Assembly (NCBI GenBank): GCA_964587625.1
Contig: CAZPLU010000007.1
Coordinates: forward strand, 5,739-69,738
DNA: 64,000 nucleotides
Reading direction: 5' to 3'
DNA from: an uncultured Eubacteriales bacterium
GTDB lineage: Bacteria > Bacillota > Clostridia > Oscillospirales > JAKOTC01
Each line of letters starts with the position of its first letter. The stretch's first letter is position 1. The position numbers and the translations under genes are program-made. This document shows positions 37,956 through 47,811 of this stretch, one piece after another. Under the pieces are notes generated by a model that worked only from the letters and a program-made list of their open reading frames with translations, was not told where the DNA came from and ran no database searches.

Positions 37956-38825
37956 TTATATCTTCTTTTCCCAGCGCCGGTGCGCGGAATATTTTTGAAA
38001 TCCGATCCGATGATAAAATGGTTGATTTGAAATCACAAGCGCGGTTTTTGCGCCCATGCTCCCGCATCGGTTGACGCATTCGCATACCGCGGCCCTGCCC
38101 AATCCCTGTTTTCTGAATTCGGGAATTGTGACGACCGGCTCCACATAGCACGACTCGGTATTCGGGGTATACCATGTCCCGCAGTGAGCCGCGTATTCCC
38201 CATTTTCGGCGGCGATGAATAAAGCGAGCCCGGGATTATAATGCGGACGTTCGGGGATATCCGATTCCGTCAGTTGCGCGGGCTCCCCTTCGTTTTCAAA
38301 TCCCCTGTGAATCACTCTGACATACTCCGCAAGATTTTTATCGGTCTTATAATCGGTAAAGCGGAATTTTTCATCTAAACGGTAGGGCAGTTTTTGCGAA
38401 CAGTCCATCGCCAAAACGCATTCGATGTCCGCCGTCGGCGAATAACCTTTTTCTTTTACGATTGAAATAAGCTCCCCGTCGTTTTCGTCGACGAATAGTT
38501 CCGAAATGCCGTTGTGCGATAATTCCGACGCGGCATAATCCACCATTTCCGGTTTTAAAAAATGATATTGCGGATTCAAGATGATATAGGCGGGACTTCT
38601 CATGTCATGCGTCACGAGTCCCGCGATTTCATCATAGTCCGTAAAGAGGCCGATCGGCGGCAAGGTCGACGGATCGAGCGAAAGATGACCCAACAGCCAT
38701 TCCCACCTCGCCCAATGCCAGTTCTTGTTAAACCCTTTTGCCCCGTACTTTTTCAAAAATTCGATCACCGCATAAAAATCATCGCACATTTTGATTGCGG
38801 GATAATGTTTGATGTTGATATTCAT
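37956..38825 (-). CDS. GNAT-family N-acetyltransferase (two-domain)
   Basis: C-terminal acetyl-CoA motif VTIPEFRKQGLGRAAV. 289 aa. Confidence 0.6.
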   Translation of the reverse strand: MNINIKHYPAIKMCDDFYAVIEFLKKYGAKGFNKNWHWARWEWLLGHLSLDPSTLPPIGLFTDYDEIAGLVTHDMRSPAYIILNPQYHFLKPEMVDYAASELSHNGISELFVDENDGELISIVKEKGYSPTADIECVLAMDCSQKLPYRLDEKFRFTDYKTDKNLAEYVRVIHRGFENEGEPAQLTESDIPERPHYNPGLALFIAAENGEYAAHCGTWYTPNTESCYVEPVVTIPEFRKQGLGRAAVCECVNRCGSMGAKTALVISNQPFYHRIGFQKYSAHRRWEKKI

Positions 38826-38862
38826 TTGCCCCTCCGCCCGCTTAAAGTCAAGTATAAAATGA

Positions 38863-41800
38863 TCACTGATACGGCCTGTACAGCACGAAGTCCTGCAATT
38901 CGCGCGAAAAGCCCGCTTTTTTCAACGGCTCCTCGGCGTCTTTCGGATAGTCCTTTACCACGATGCGCCGTTGCTCGGCAAAAATCCGCTTTCCCGCGTA
39001 GTCGCGCACAAACGCCGAGAGCGCCTCTTGCAGACAGTTCGGCTCGAACACGCGCAGGGTCTTTCCCTGCCGCTCGAAAACGGCCACGGGAGCGCCCGAT
39101 TTTAGCGCCACCGCCGAACCGGCTACGTTTAAAAACGCCCTGTCCGCCCGGTGCGGCAGGCATTTCCCCCACGGCTGGACGGGATCGGCGGCGTTCAGCC
39201 AAACCAGCTCCGCGCGCGGGTTTTGCAACGCCAAAATCGTTCCGGCATAATCGTTTTCGCGGATGAATTGAATGCCCGAAAGCCCCTCGACGAAATAGCC
39301 GCGCCGCGCCCTGCCGGTGTATTCCCAGATGCGCAGCGTCTCGAGCGCCTCGCCCCACGACAAGTCCTGCACCGTCTCGCGGCACACGATCGCCGCGCGG
39401 TCAAAATTGGTTTCGAGCAGCCGCTCGACCGTCGGCGTTTTTATCGGTCGGATGACTTCCCAGCGACCGGTCAGCACCTGCACGCGCGAATTGACCCGTT
39501 GCCGCACGGTGCCTTTTTCAATTTTACCGCGTTCCAGCCATTGGCGCACCGGAATAAAGCTGTCGGCGGTCACGAGCCCTTTTTCGGCCAGCCGCAATAA
39601 CGGCTCGGCGGGCGAGCCGCCGACCAACCCGGAAAACCGCTGCATAAAGCTCGCGCCGTGTTTCAACAGCGCTTGAAAAATCGCTTTTTCGTCCTCGTCC
39701 AAATTCTCGGGGATTATAACCTCTGCCTCCCAATCAACGTCGGCGGTGCGCCCGAACTCCAGCGTCCCGTCGGGCGAGAGCCGCCAGAAAAACGAGCCGC
39801 CGCCCACGAAGCTATCCAATAACTGCGGGCTGTATCTGCCGACCCGTGCCGGAAGCAAAACGCCCTCCCACGCCTCGGCGGGGTATTTCTGCCCGCACAA
39901 AAATTTCAACGCCGTTTCCAACTGCTCGGCGGGCGGCGCGGAAACAGCCGTCCGACCGCAGAGCAGCGCGGCATACCGCTCGGCCGGCTGGGTCGTCACC
40001 TGCCTGCGGCGGTCTTTTATTGTTTCGTTTCGCGCCCGCTCGTAGAGCTCCGCGTGGTAATAGACCCCGTCCTGCTCGACGACCTGTGATTTTTCACACA
40101 GTGCTTTAACGATTTCGCGCGTTTCTTCGTCAGACCACAAATAACGCTCGGCGATCCGCTCTGCCGACATCGCGCCCCGGTAGCGCAGCAGCCGCCGGAC
40201 GATTTTTTCCCGCGCCTCCGCCTGCCCCGCGACGAGCGCGCCGGTATAGTCCCGCTCGTGCTCGGCGGCAATCCAAAGCCCCGGCTCGATGTATTTCGCG
40301 CGTTCTTCGGCGGCCAGCGCCACCAGCCAAGCCACCGGAACGTCGAGTTCCCCGGCGGTCAGATCGCCCTCGATCATCAGTAACGAGTGCAGTTGTTGCT
40401 CGTTTTCGGGCAGTTTGGCGCGCTCCGAAACCCGCTTTAATTGCTGCTGTTCGGGCTTGATCGCCCGGACCCCCCGCAGCGCTTTATCGGCCGCCCGGTG
40501 GATATTCTGCGGCGTCGGGGAGTAGTCGTACATCATCGACGCCTCGGTTTTACGGCGCAGCGGCAGCGACATCGGCGACGGCGAACTGCGCTCGAGTTCG
40601 CGCACCGTGATCCCGCCCGACCGGATTCCGTTCAAAACCGCCTCGACGCCCGCGAGGTCCCAATAGTCCTCCAGACACTCGCGCGTCGTCTCACGGATGA
40701 TCGGGTGTTGATTCCGCTCGACCAGCGACGAGAGCAGCTCCGCGCTGCGCATGCGCTGGATCCAAAGCGGCTGGCGGGTGTGGCTTTTGGTGCCCATCAA
40801 CAGCGCCCGCGCGGTGTTGTAGCGGAAATTTATGTTGAATAACGGCGTCGTCGGCAGCACGGCGGTCACGATCTGGCGCGCCGTCTCGGGCACGACCTCC
40901 GACAGCAGCCCCAGCGGCAGCGGTTTTGCGTCATATGGATAGAGCAAAAACCCGTCGTCGGCGACCACGCAGTTGATCGTCGAGCCGGTAATTCGCTCGG
41001 CGGCCGTTTTGACCAAAATCGAAAACGGGTCGTTGACCGGCCTTCCGAACACCGAATGCACCATCATTTGGCGCGCGCCGTTGTCGTCGGTGAAGTGCTC
41101 GACGATGATCGTTTTATCGTCGGGAAGCCCGCCGGTGCACTCGATCTGGTGCTTTAAAAAGCCCGCCGCTCCTTTCGCCGCGGGCTTGTCCAGCCCCAGT
41201 TTTTCAAGTTCCGCCTGCATTTCTCCGGTCTCGTCGGCGCGGGCGAGTCGGCGCAGAATCTGCCCGAACGCAATTCCCGTCCGCATCGCGCGCCCTCTGG
41301 GGTCGCCGTGCCAGAACGGCAGCCGCGCTCCCACCGGGCTCGCCTGCGCGACGACAACGACGTCGCGGTTGACGCTCGTAATTTTCCACGCGAACGTGCC
41401 GAGGAAAAACCGGTCTCCGATCCGGGTCTCGAAAATAAACTCCTCGTCGAGCTCCCCGATCTTGACGCCGCCCTCGGTCTTGCAGGTATATTGCCCCCGG
41501 TCGGGGATCGTGCCGCCCGCGTTCACGGCCAGCATCCGGCTGTAAGAATCGCCGAGTACCCGGTCGTGGATCCGGTCGTACAGCACGCGGGGCCGCACCG
41601 GAATGTCCCGCTCGTGCTCGTAGTCCCCGGCGAGCATCCCCAAAATATCGCGCACGTCGTTCTCGGTCACATCCCTGAACGGATACGCCCGCGCCAAAAT
41701 CGGCATCACGTCGGCCACCGAGTAGCCCGCGTCGGTCGCCATCGAGACCAGGTGCTGCGCCAAAATATCGAAACAGCCCCTCGGCGGGCGCAAGTGTTCG

Positions 41801-43056
41801 ATCCCGCCCTGCCGCGCCACCTCGGCGGTCAGCCCGCAATACAGTCCCTCCGACGCCTCCCTTGGAAAAATGCGCATCACGCTGACCCGGTTGGGGTTGT
41901 GCCCCGCGCGCCCCAGCCGCTGCATCGTGCTCGAGATCGAATACGGACACCCGATTTGGAACACCTGTTCGATGTCGCCCACGTCGATGCCGAGCTCCAT
42001 CGAAGAAGTCGCGCACAGCAGCCGCAGCTCTCCCGCCCGGAGAGCCTGTTCGGTCTGAAAGCGCTGTTCTTTCGACAAACTGCCGTGGTGCACCCGCGCG
42101 AACCCGTCCCCGGCGATTTGATTGACGAAAAAAGCCAGTTTTTCGGCATAGGCGCGCCCGTCGACAAAGCCGATGGCGCTGCCGGCGCGCGCGTTTTTTC
42201 CTTCCTTGTTTGACGGATCATCCGTTTGCGTGCGCCTATCACCACAAAAAGAATAAATCGTCTGCCCAATCCTGGGCCAGGTCGGCCCGGTTCCCAAAGG
42301 CCCCGCGATGCCGGGAACGCCGGGCAGGGGGCTTGTCACTTCGATCAAAATCTCTTTTTTCATCTTGGGCGCGACGACCGAGACCGGGTCGGGCGAGAGG
42401 TAGTTTGCCGCCGTCTCAAGCGGCTCGATTGTCGCCGAGAGCCCGATGCGCTGCAGCGGCTGCCCGCAGAGTTTATCGAGCCGCGCCACCGACAGCATCA
42501 AATGCGCCCCGCGCTTGGAATCGATCATCACGTGCAATTCGTCGATGATGATCGCCTTCGCGGTGTGCAGCATTTTTTGGCCCGATACGCTCGTCAGCAT
42601 CAGGTACAGCGATTCGGGCGTCGTGATCAGAATATGCGGCGGGTGCTTGGCCATCCGTGCGCGCTCGCTCTGGGAGGTGTCGCCGGTGCGGATTCCGATT
42701 TGGATTTCCGCGCCGTATTTGTGCCGTCCGGCCTTGGCGCGCCGCTCTGAAATCCCCTCCAAAGGCCGTTTTAAGTTTTCGCGGATGTCTCCCGCCAGCG
42801 ACTTTAAGGGCGAAATATAAATCAATTGCAATCCTTCAATCAATTCACCTCTGTCGCCTTGCTCCTGCAGCCGGTCGATAAACACCAAAAACGCGGTCAG
42901 CGTCTTTCCGGTGCCGGTCGGCGCCGACACCAGCGTATGTTTCCCCGCGGCGATTTCAGGCCAGGCCTGTTCTTGAACCGCCGTCGGCGTCCCGAGCGCT
43001 GCGCGAAACCACTCCCGCGTATATTCGTTAAAAATTTTCAATGCGTCTTCGGCCAT
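38863..43056 (-). CDS. lhr: Lhr-family large ATP-dependent helicase (long form)
   Basis: SF2 motifs APTGTGKT, IIDELH, SSMELGID and QRLGRAGH, followed by a C-terminal extension of about 900 aa. About 1397 aa from the ATG at 43056, after ggagagg. Confidence 0.85.
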   Translation of the reverse strand: MAEDALKIFNEYTREWFRAALGTPTAVQEQAWPEIAAGKHTLVSAPTGTGKTLTAFLVFIDRLQEQGDRGELIEGLQLIYISPLKSLAGDIRENLKRPLEGISERRAKAGRHKYGAEIQIGIRTGDTSQSERARMAKHPPHILITTPESLYLMLTSVSGQKMLHTAKAIIIDELHVMIDSKRGAHLMLSVARLDKLCGQPLQRIGLSATIEPLETAANYLSPDPVSVVAPKMKKEILIEVTSPLPGVPGIAGPLGTGPTWPRIGQTIYSFCGDRRTQTDDPSNKEGKNARAGSAIGFVDGRAYAEKLAFFVNQIAGDGFARVHHGSLSKEQRFQTEQALRAGELRLLCATSSMELGIDVGDIEQVFQIGCPYSISSTMQRLGRAGHNPNRVSVMRIFPREASEGLYCGLTAEVARQGGIEHLRPPRGCFDILAQHLVSMATDAGYSVADVMPILARAYPFRDVTENDVRDILGMLAGDYEHERDIPVRPRVLYDRIHDRVLGDSYSRMLAVNAGGTIPDRGQYTCKTEGGVKIGELDEEFIFETRIGDRFFLGTFAWKITSVNRDVVVVAQASPVGARLPFWHGDPRGRAMRTGIAFGQILRRLARADETGEMQAELEKLGLDKPAAKGAAGFLKHQIECTGGLPDDKTIIVEHFTDDNGARQMMVHSVFGRPVNDPFSILVKTAAERITGSTINCVVADDGFLLYPYDAKPLPLGLLSEVVPETARQIVTAVLPTTPLFNINFRYNTARALLMGTKSHTRQPLWIQRMRSAELLSSLVERNQHPIIRETTRECLEDYWDLAGVEAVLNGIRSGGITVRELERSSPSPMSLPLRRKTEASMMYDYSPTPQNIHRAADKALRGVRAIKPEQQQLKRVSERAKLPENEQQLHSLLMIEGDLTAGELDVPVAWLVALAAEERAKYIEPGLWIAAEHERDYTGALVAGQAEAREKIVRRLLRYRGAMSAERIAERYLWSDEETREIVKALCEKSQVVEQDGVYYHAELYERARNETIKDRRRQVTTQPAERYAALLCGRTAVSAPPAEQLETALKFLCGQKYPAEAWEGVLLPARVGRYSPQLLDSFVGGGSFFWRLSPDGTLEFGRTADVDWEAEVIIPENLDEDEKAIFQALLKHGASFMQRFSGLVGGSPAEPLLRLAEKGLVTADSFIPVRQWLERGKIEKGTVRQRVNSRVQVLTGRWEVIRPIKTPTVERLLETNFDRAAIVCRETVQDLSWGEALETLRIWEYTGRARRGYFVEGLSGIQFIRENDYAGTILALQNPRAELVWLNAADPVQPWGKCLPHRADRAFLNVAGSAVALKSGAPVAVFERQGKTLRVFEPNCLQEALSAFVRDYAGKRIFAEQRRIVVKDYPKDAEEPLKKAGFSRELQDFVLYRPYQ

Positions 43057-43135
43057 GTTTCCTCTCCTGCCGTTGCTTTTATGAAAAAGAAAAAGTCCCA
43101 TCCGTCGATGAGACATTATAACATATTTTCCCCGC

Positions 43136-43218
43136 GTAGGAAACGGTCTTGACCGTTCCGGATAAAAAATACTCTGTTCTTGTCACAATTCTCAGGAACG
43201 GTCAAGACCGTTCCCTAC
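43136..43218. repeat. Inverted pair of GTAGG-RAACGG-hairpin REP elements
   Basis: gtaggaaacggtcttgaccgttcc (43136-43159) and ggaacggtcaagaccgttccctac (43195-43218) are inverted copies. Each is internally palindromic. Confidence 0.8.
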
Positions 43219-43235
43219 ACGATGCTACGTGATTT

Positions 43236-43269
43236 GTCATCCTGAGCGAAGTCGAAGGATCTCGGTACC
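43236..43269. repeat. Solo half-module of the GTCATCCTGAGCG/GTCGAAGGATCTCGG REP family
   Basis: gtcatcctgagcgaagtcgaaggatctcggtacc. It lacks the inner hairpin seen at other loci. Confidence 0.7.
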
Positions 43270-43328
43270 ATGAAACTTAGAATTTTACGCAAAAAAATTC
43301 TTCCAAGGGAACATTCGGAGAATGTTCT

Positions 43329-44342
43329 TCATTCCCCTTTCATCCCCACCGTCTCGATTTTTTGATCCAAAATCTCGACGCAGAGCTTGATCGAGTCGCC
43401 GATCGCGGCCTCGATGTCGTCGGGCTCCACGCCGAGGAATTCGCACCCCTCCGATTTGCCGATAAACAGTTCCGAACATTGAATTTCGCCCAGTTTCAAT
43501 ACGTTCAGCCCGCCGTCGACATTGCGCGCTTTTTGTTCTTTGAACATCTTCCTCGCGTTCAGGTCGAACATCCACTTCGGGATTGTGACGATCCGCCTGT
43601 CCGGGCAGCCGAGGTATTTGTGCATGATGCCGAGCATCTGCTTCCAGGTCATGTTGTACCAGCCGATCGGATAGCAGTTTCCGCCCCGGTTTTTTTCGAG
43701 CGCGCCCGCGACCGCCTGCCCGACCTGTTTGACCGTGACCATCGTCGTGCCGCCCTTGGGATAGAGCGTCGAGCCTCCCATGCCCCGAATCATCTCGACC
43801 AAAAACAGCCAAACGGGCTTGCGCCCCGGCTGCGTGCCGAAGATATAGGGCAATTCGAGCATCGCGACGTCGAAAGCTTCATCGGCGAAAGACAGCGCGA
43901 CGGCCTCCTGATTCCGGCGGCTCCGGATATAGGGGTGCCATTGGGATAATTGCATCTTGGGCCGCTTTTTGTCGAAATGCGAAAAATACGAGCCCATGAT
44001 CACCGCGCGCTTTACGCCGTTCGCCTTGCCGATGGTCAATAAACGCCTGACCGGATCGATGTTGAATTTTTTATACATCTCGTAGATCGGCGGCGGCCCC
44101 TCGACCCGCTCGTCGACGCCCGCGGCGAAGACAAAGCCCTCGCAGCCGGACATTTGGCTTTGAATCTCCCCGTCCGCCATCTCGAGGATGTTCCCGTATC
44201 GGATTTGCATCCCGGGCGGCAACGCCGCGCCCGGCGGCAGCGGCGGAAGCGCCACCGAGACCACCTCGTGCCCGCGCCGAATTAATTCCGCAGCGGCCTC
44301 GCTGCCGAGTAACCCCGTTCCCCCGACCATAAAAACCTTCAT
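43329..44342 (-). CDS. NAD(P)-dependent epimerase/dehydratase (extended SDR) family protein
   Basis: N-terminal Rossmann motif VGGTGLLGSEAA. 337 aa. Confidence 0.7.
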   Translation of the reverse strand: MKVFMVGGTGLLGSEAAAELIRRGHEVVSVALPPLPPGAALPPGMQIRYGNILEMADGEIQSQMSGCEGFVFAAGVDERVEGPPPIYEMYKKFNIDPVRRLLTIGKANGVKRAVIMGSYFSHFDKKRPKMQLSQWHPYIRSRRNQEAVALSFADEAFDVAMLELPYIFGTQPGRKPVWLFLVEMIRGMGGSTLYPKGGTTMVTVKQVGQAVAGALEKNRGGNCYPIGWYNMTWKQMLGIMHKYLGCPDRRIVTIPKWMFDLNARKMFKEQKARNVDGGLNVLKLGEIQCSELFIGKSEGCEFLGVEPDDIEAAIGDSIKLCVEILDQKIETVGMKGE

Positions 44343-44445
44343 GCCATGACCCCCTTTTTGTTTATTTTTTTGTTGATATACAAATCATCTGTTAACCGGA
44401 GTGATTTTATTTTTTACGTCTCATGCTGCCATATTCATTTTTGAC

Positions 44446-44469
44446 GAAACGGCCAAGGCCGTTCCCTAC
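44446..44469. repeat. Solo GTAGGG-type REP hairpin
   Basis: gaaacggccaaggccgttccctac. Same family as 43136-43218. Confidence 0.6.
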
Positions 44470-44485
44470 AATAAAAATTTTTTGC

Positions 44486-44851
44486 TTATACGCAACCCAG
44501 CCGCTCCACGGCTTCTTCCTTGGTGGCGACGAAAAAAATATCATGCCCGCTGTTGCTCTCGCGGATAAAATCTCTCAGCGGCTTGCTGGTGTATTTCGAA
44601 TAATCCCCGATGATCGCCAGCTTGCAGCGATAGTTGCTGAACTTTTGCAAAATCTCGCCCGCCAGACGGGTGCTGAGGATGAAAAAGTCCTCGGCGACGG
44701 CCTCTTTGTACACGGCGATTCGGTCGCTGTCGGTTTCATACCGCACCGCCGCCATCAAATCCAATGCCGATTGCGTATCGTACAACAGTTTTTCATCCGC
44801 GTTCACGACCGCGATTTTCACGCCGTTTTTTTCGATTGTCCGAATCTTCAT
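44486..44851 (-). CDS. DUF4180 domain protein
   Basis: MKIRTIEKNGVKIAVV...DFFILSTRLAGEILQKFSNYRCKLAIIGDYS pattern. Start trimmed to the ATG at 44851. Confidence 0.65.
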   Translation of the reverse strand: MKIRTIEKNGVKIAVVNADEKLLYDTQSALDLMAAVRYETDSDRIAVYKEAVAEDFFILSTRLAGEILQKFSNYRCKLAIIGDYSKYTSKPLRDFIRESNSGHDIFFVATKEEAVERLGCV

Positions 44852-44872
44852 CCCGTTTCCCCGTTCCAAACG

Positions 44873-46060
44873 TCACACTGTGATGATGTCCGTCCCGCCG
44901 CCGGTGACGCATTCGCTGTGTCCGGTTTTGACAATGTAGGTGTCCTCGACGCCGACCGTCCCGACGCCCGGCAGCCCGCATTTCGGCTCGACGGCGAAAA
45001 CCATGTTTTCCTGTAACGGCTCGTCGAAGCCCCGCGCAATCACGGGCAATTCGTTGACGTGCAGCCCGATCCCGTGTCCCAAAAACTTCACACTCTGCTT
45101 GTACCCCATAAAACCCGCCGAGAGTTCGGGCGGCAGAGTTTCGGTGAGTTTTGTGTAAATCCGGGACGGAACCGCCCCCGCGACCAGCATTTCGGCGCAC
45201 CGTTTTTCGATGTCCAGACAGGCGCGGTGGACTTTTATAACCTCGGGATCGGGCGTTTTCCCGAACGAATAGACCTGCGTCTTGTCGCTGTGGTAGCCGT
45301 CGATTCCGAACCCGACGTCTGCGAACACCAGATCGCCCTTTCGCAGCTTCCGCTCGCGGCTGCCCAGTCCCGGGGAGACCGCGCTCATACCGCGCATGCC
45401 GCCCGGCCCGTCGAAATTGGTCGGGTAGACCGCGTTTTCGCCGAAGCCGAGCTGCCCCGCGACCGCGTCGAATTGGAACATCGAAAACCGCGTCACGCCG
45501 TGAAAGCCCAATTTCATCATGACCGCAAACAGTTCGCCGTGGAATTCCGCCTCGCTGATGCCCTCTCGCAGCAGGGTCGGAACGATTTTTCCCAATAAAA
45601 TTTGATGTTGCTCTCCCGAACGGCGGATTAAGTCGAGTTCGTACGAACTCTTGACCGCGCGCCGCGCCGAGATCACCGGCTCGAACGGCAGGATTTTATC
45701 GATTTTAAAATGCTTTCTAAACCGCTCCAGCATCGCCACCGGCACGGTCTCGACCTCGAGATAGGTCGCGCCGAAATCGGGCGGCAGCACCTGTAACATA
45801 TCGCGGTAGGACCCCATCGGATAAATGATGTCCAGCGGGCATTCGTCCTTGGCCCGCTCGACGCTCTTGCGCACAAACAGATAAGCGCTTCCGCCCCGTT
45901 TCAAGATCAAGACGGCGTCCTGCATGGTCCCGGTCAGGTAATATTGATTGATACGCCCCGCGACAAGAGCGGTCTCGAAGTCGGGGTTCGCCTCAGCCAG
46001 CGCCCCGATCAATTTTTGAATGCGCGTTTCCAGTTCGGTTTTCCATTTGGCTTGATTCAT
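44873..46060 (-). CDS. M24-family Xaa-Pro aminopeptidase-like protein
   Basis: Creatinase-like N-terminal domain plus M24 metal-ligand contexts (DVGFGIDGYHSD, GHGIGLHVNE, VFAVEP). Confidence 0.8.
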   Translation of the reverse strand: MNQAKWKTELETRIQKLIGALAEANPDFETALVAGRINQYYLTGTMQDAVLILKRGGSAYLFVRKSVERAKDECPLDIIYPMGSYRDMLQVLPPDFGATYLEVETVPVAMLERFRKHFKIDKILPFEPVISARRAVKSSYELDLIRRSGEQHQILLGKIVPTLLREGISEAEFHGELFAVMMKLGFHGVTRFSMFQFDAVAGQLGFGENAVYPTNFDGPGGMRGMSAVSPGLGSRERKLRKGDLVFADVGFGIDGYHSDKTQVYSFGKTPDPEVIKVHRACLDIEKRCAEMLVAGAVPSRIYTKLTETLPPELSAGFMGYKQSVKFLGHGIGLHVNELPVIARGFDEPLQENMVFAVEPKCGLPGVGTVGVEDTYIVKTGHSECVTGGGTDIITV

Positions 46061-46078
46061 AAATTATTTTACCGTTCT

Positions 46079-46660
46079 CTAAATTTTATCACCATATAAC
46101 CGTTTCGCGAGCATACTCAGATCCGACAAAAACCGGCTTTCCAGGTTTGGCCGTCTTCTCACGGCAAGCGGGTGATATGAGACCATACAGGGCAACCCCT
46201 GCAAGGCGTGCCACGACCCCCTCAAATCCTTCGCATGGAGTTCCGGGTCGCCGAACATCGTCTGAACGACCGCGTCCCCCAGACAGGCGAGCAGCTTCGG
46301 CTGCATCGTCCGTATCTGCCGCTCCAGAAACGGCCTGCTGAACGCCCGGACGGCCTCTTTGTCATACCGGCGCAGGGGTCTGCATTTTAAAAGGTAGGTC
46401 ACATAGACGTCTTCGGGTGCGATTCCGACACGGTGTAAAGCCGTCTGCAGCGTCTGTCTCGTGCCGCAGACATATGCGGCGCCGTTTTTGTCTTCGCGTG
46501 CGCCCGGATTATCCAATAAAATTGCGGCGGGCGCGCCGGGGTTTCCCTCGCCCCAAATAAGCCGGGATTTGTCGGTGCATATTTCGCACGCCCGATAATC
46601 GGCGGCTTCCTCGGGCAATCTGTCCTCCTGCCAAACCGATGGCATAAAATGATCATCCAT
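46079..46660 (-). CDS. Uracil-DNA glycosylase superfamily protein (family 4-like)
   Basis: GEGNPGAPAAILLDNPGARED motif region and a C-terminal HP motif (VSYHPLA). Confidence 0.75.
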   Translation of the reverse strand: MDDHFMPSVWQEDRLPEEAADYRACEICTDKSRLIWGEGNPGAPAAILLDNPGAREDKNGAAYVCGTRQTLQTALHRVGIAPEDVYVTYLLKCRPLRRYDKEAVRAFSRPFLERQIRTMQPKLLACLGDAVVQTMFGDPELHAKDLRGSWHALQGLPCMVSYHPLAVRRRPNLESRFLSDLSMLAKRLYGDKI

Positions 46661-46910
46661 ACGCGCTCCCGTCCGAAAATATTATCTTTTATCCGAACCG
46701 AAAAATGTCTTGCCCGCGCGGCGTGTTTGAAGCTTAAACCGATTCGCGTTTGAAAATCCACTCCCGATTCAGATAATATCATATCTTTCCGATTGCGTCA
46801 AAGTGAATCATGATAACCGGATATCCTCAAAATGCCCGTTCTTCATGCGAAATCCGCCCGGGCCCATCCCGAGCGGAATAAACCCGAGTCGCCGGGACGA
46901 TCCTATCATG

Positions 46911-47192
46911 TCAGCGCTTCCGGTCGATTTTTTGAACCGGGTGCGACCCGTTTTCGGCGGCGTCGGTTTTTGAATCGTTTTGAAGCCCCGCCTGATCGGG
47001 GTTTTCAAATTGAAGCGGGGCGTTTTTCGCGGCCTCCTTTCGTTTTTCTTTCGCCGCAATGCGCTCACATGCCGGTAAGAGTTTTTTATTGGGCATATAA
47101 TGATGCCGTTTGCAGGCGGCACAATTGCCGTGCCGCTCGCATTGTGTTCTTTTGCAGGGGCACTGTACCTGATCGTTTTCCATTCGATTCAC
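46911..47192 (-). CDS. Small Cys/His-rich protein (DUF6485-like N-terminus) with charged tail
   Basis: CPCKRTQCERHGNCAACKRHH...LPAC pattern. 93 aa. It sits 12 nt downstream of the FMN-binding gene. Confidence 0.5.
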   Translation of the reverse strand: MNRMENDQVQCPCKRTQCERHGNCAACKRHHYMPNKKLLPACERIAAKEKRKEAAKNAPLQFENPDQAGLQNDSKTDAAENGSHPVQKIDRKR

Positions 47193-47204
47193 TTCCGCAC
47201 AATT

Positions 47205-47789
47205 TTATTTATATTCCCTGATTTGTATTGGATTCATAAAACCGAAACGCTCACCGTTTGTCTTGTTGTTTTTTCCGTTTGCAAGCGCGGCGCTGACCGC
47301 GCTTTGAATCACACGGCTGGAAGTTGTCGCGCCGCTCACGGCGTCGACTTCACAGGTGTTTTGCGCAATCATATCCCCGGTGATGCGCTCGGCTTTTTTC
47401 CCGAACCCGTTGTCATGTTTTAACAGGTCGATTTGAACGATCTCATGATCCCTCACTTCGACTGCCACCTCCGCTTTCACAAGAGTTGTCTCCGCTTTTC
47501 CCCGATATATTCCGTCTTCAATCTCGTTCATATTCACTTCATATACTTTCAAGTCCTTTAATTCTCTCTCCGTCTTGCCGTTCATCGACAAGAATGCGGC
47601 CGTGAGAATGCCCCCGAAAACGATTAAAATGAAAATCGCTTTTTTCATCGAACCCGTCCTTTTTCTTTTGCGGAGACAGGATCTGAAATATTCTTCATCC
47701 ACCTGTTCGGCTTTGCAATATTCTCTGACGCCGTCATAAATATTTTTTGTTGTATTTTCACACGCGTTTGGATCATTTAACATAATCAT
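47205..47789 (-). CDS. Membrane-anchored FMN_bind-domain protein (flavinylation-type motif)
   Basis: TM helix AIFILIVFGGILTAAFL. The C-terminal motif VDAVSGATTSS matches the DxxSGAT flavinylation site. An alternative start at 47648 (MKKAIF) also has an RBS. Confidence 0.65.
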   Translation of the reverse strand: MIMLNDPNACENTTKNIYDGVREYCKAEQVDEEYFRSCLRKRKRTGSMKKAIFILIVFGGILTAAFLSMNGKTERELKDLKVYEVNMNEIEDGIYRGKAETTLVKAEVAVEVRDHEIVQIDLLKHDNGFGKKAERITGDMIAQNTCEVDAVSGATTSSRVIQSAVSAALANGKNNKTNGERFGFMNPIQIREYK

Positions 47790-47811
47790 CCTTCTTTTGT
47801 GATGTTTTGAT

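Noticed and set aside
38562-39385. Track ORFs 38562..39266 (+) and 38822..39385 (-), Arg/Pro/Ala-rich.
   Set aside because: They overlap the 3' end of the well-supported lhr gene, and one also overlaps the GNAT gene. Their composition is typical of out-of-frame or antisense shadows in GC-rich coding DNA.
41204-42213. Long ORFs 41204..42016 (-) and 41308..42213 (+) inside lhr.
   Set aside because: These are shadow frames of lhr with extreme Arg/Gly/Pro/Ala content and no motifs. The lhr frame carries all the helicase motifs.
46399-47122. ORFs 46399..46782, 46808..47122 and 46832..47221 in the UDG to Cys-rich-protein interval.
   Set aside because: They overlap each other and supported genes, lack RBSs, and have Arg/Pro-rich shadow composition. 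The interval 46661-46910 is treated as intergenic.
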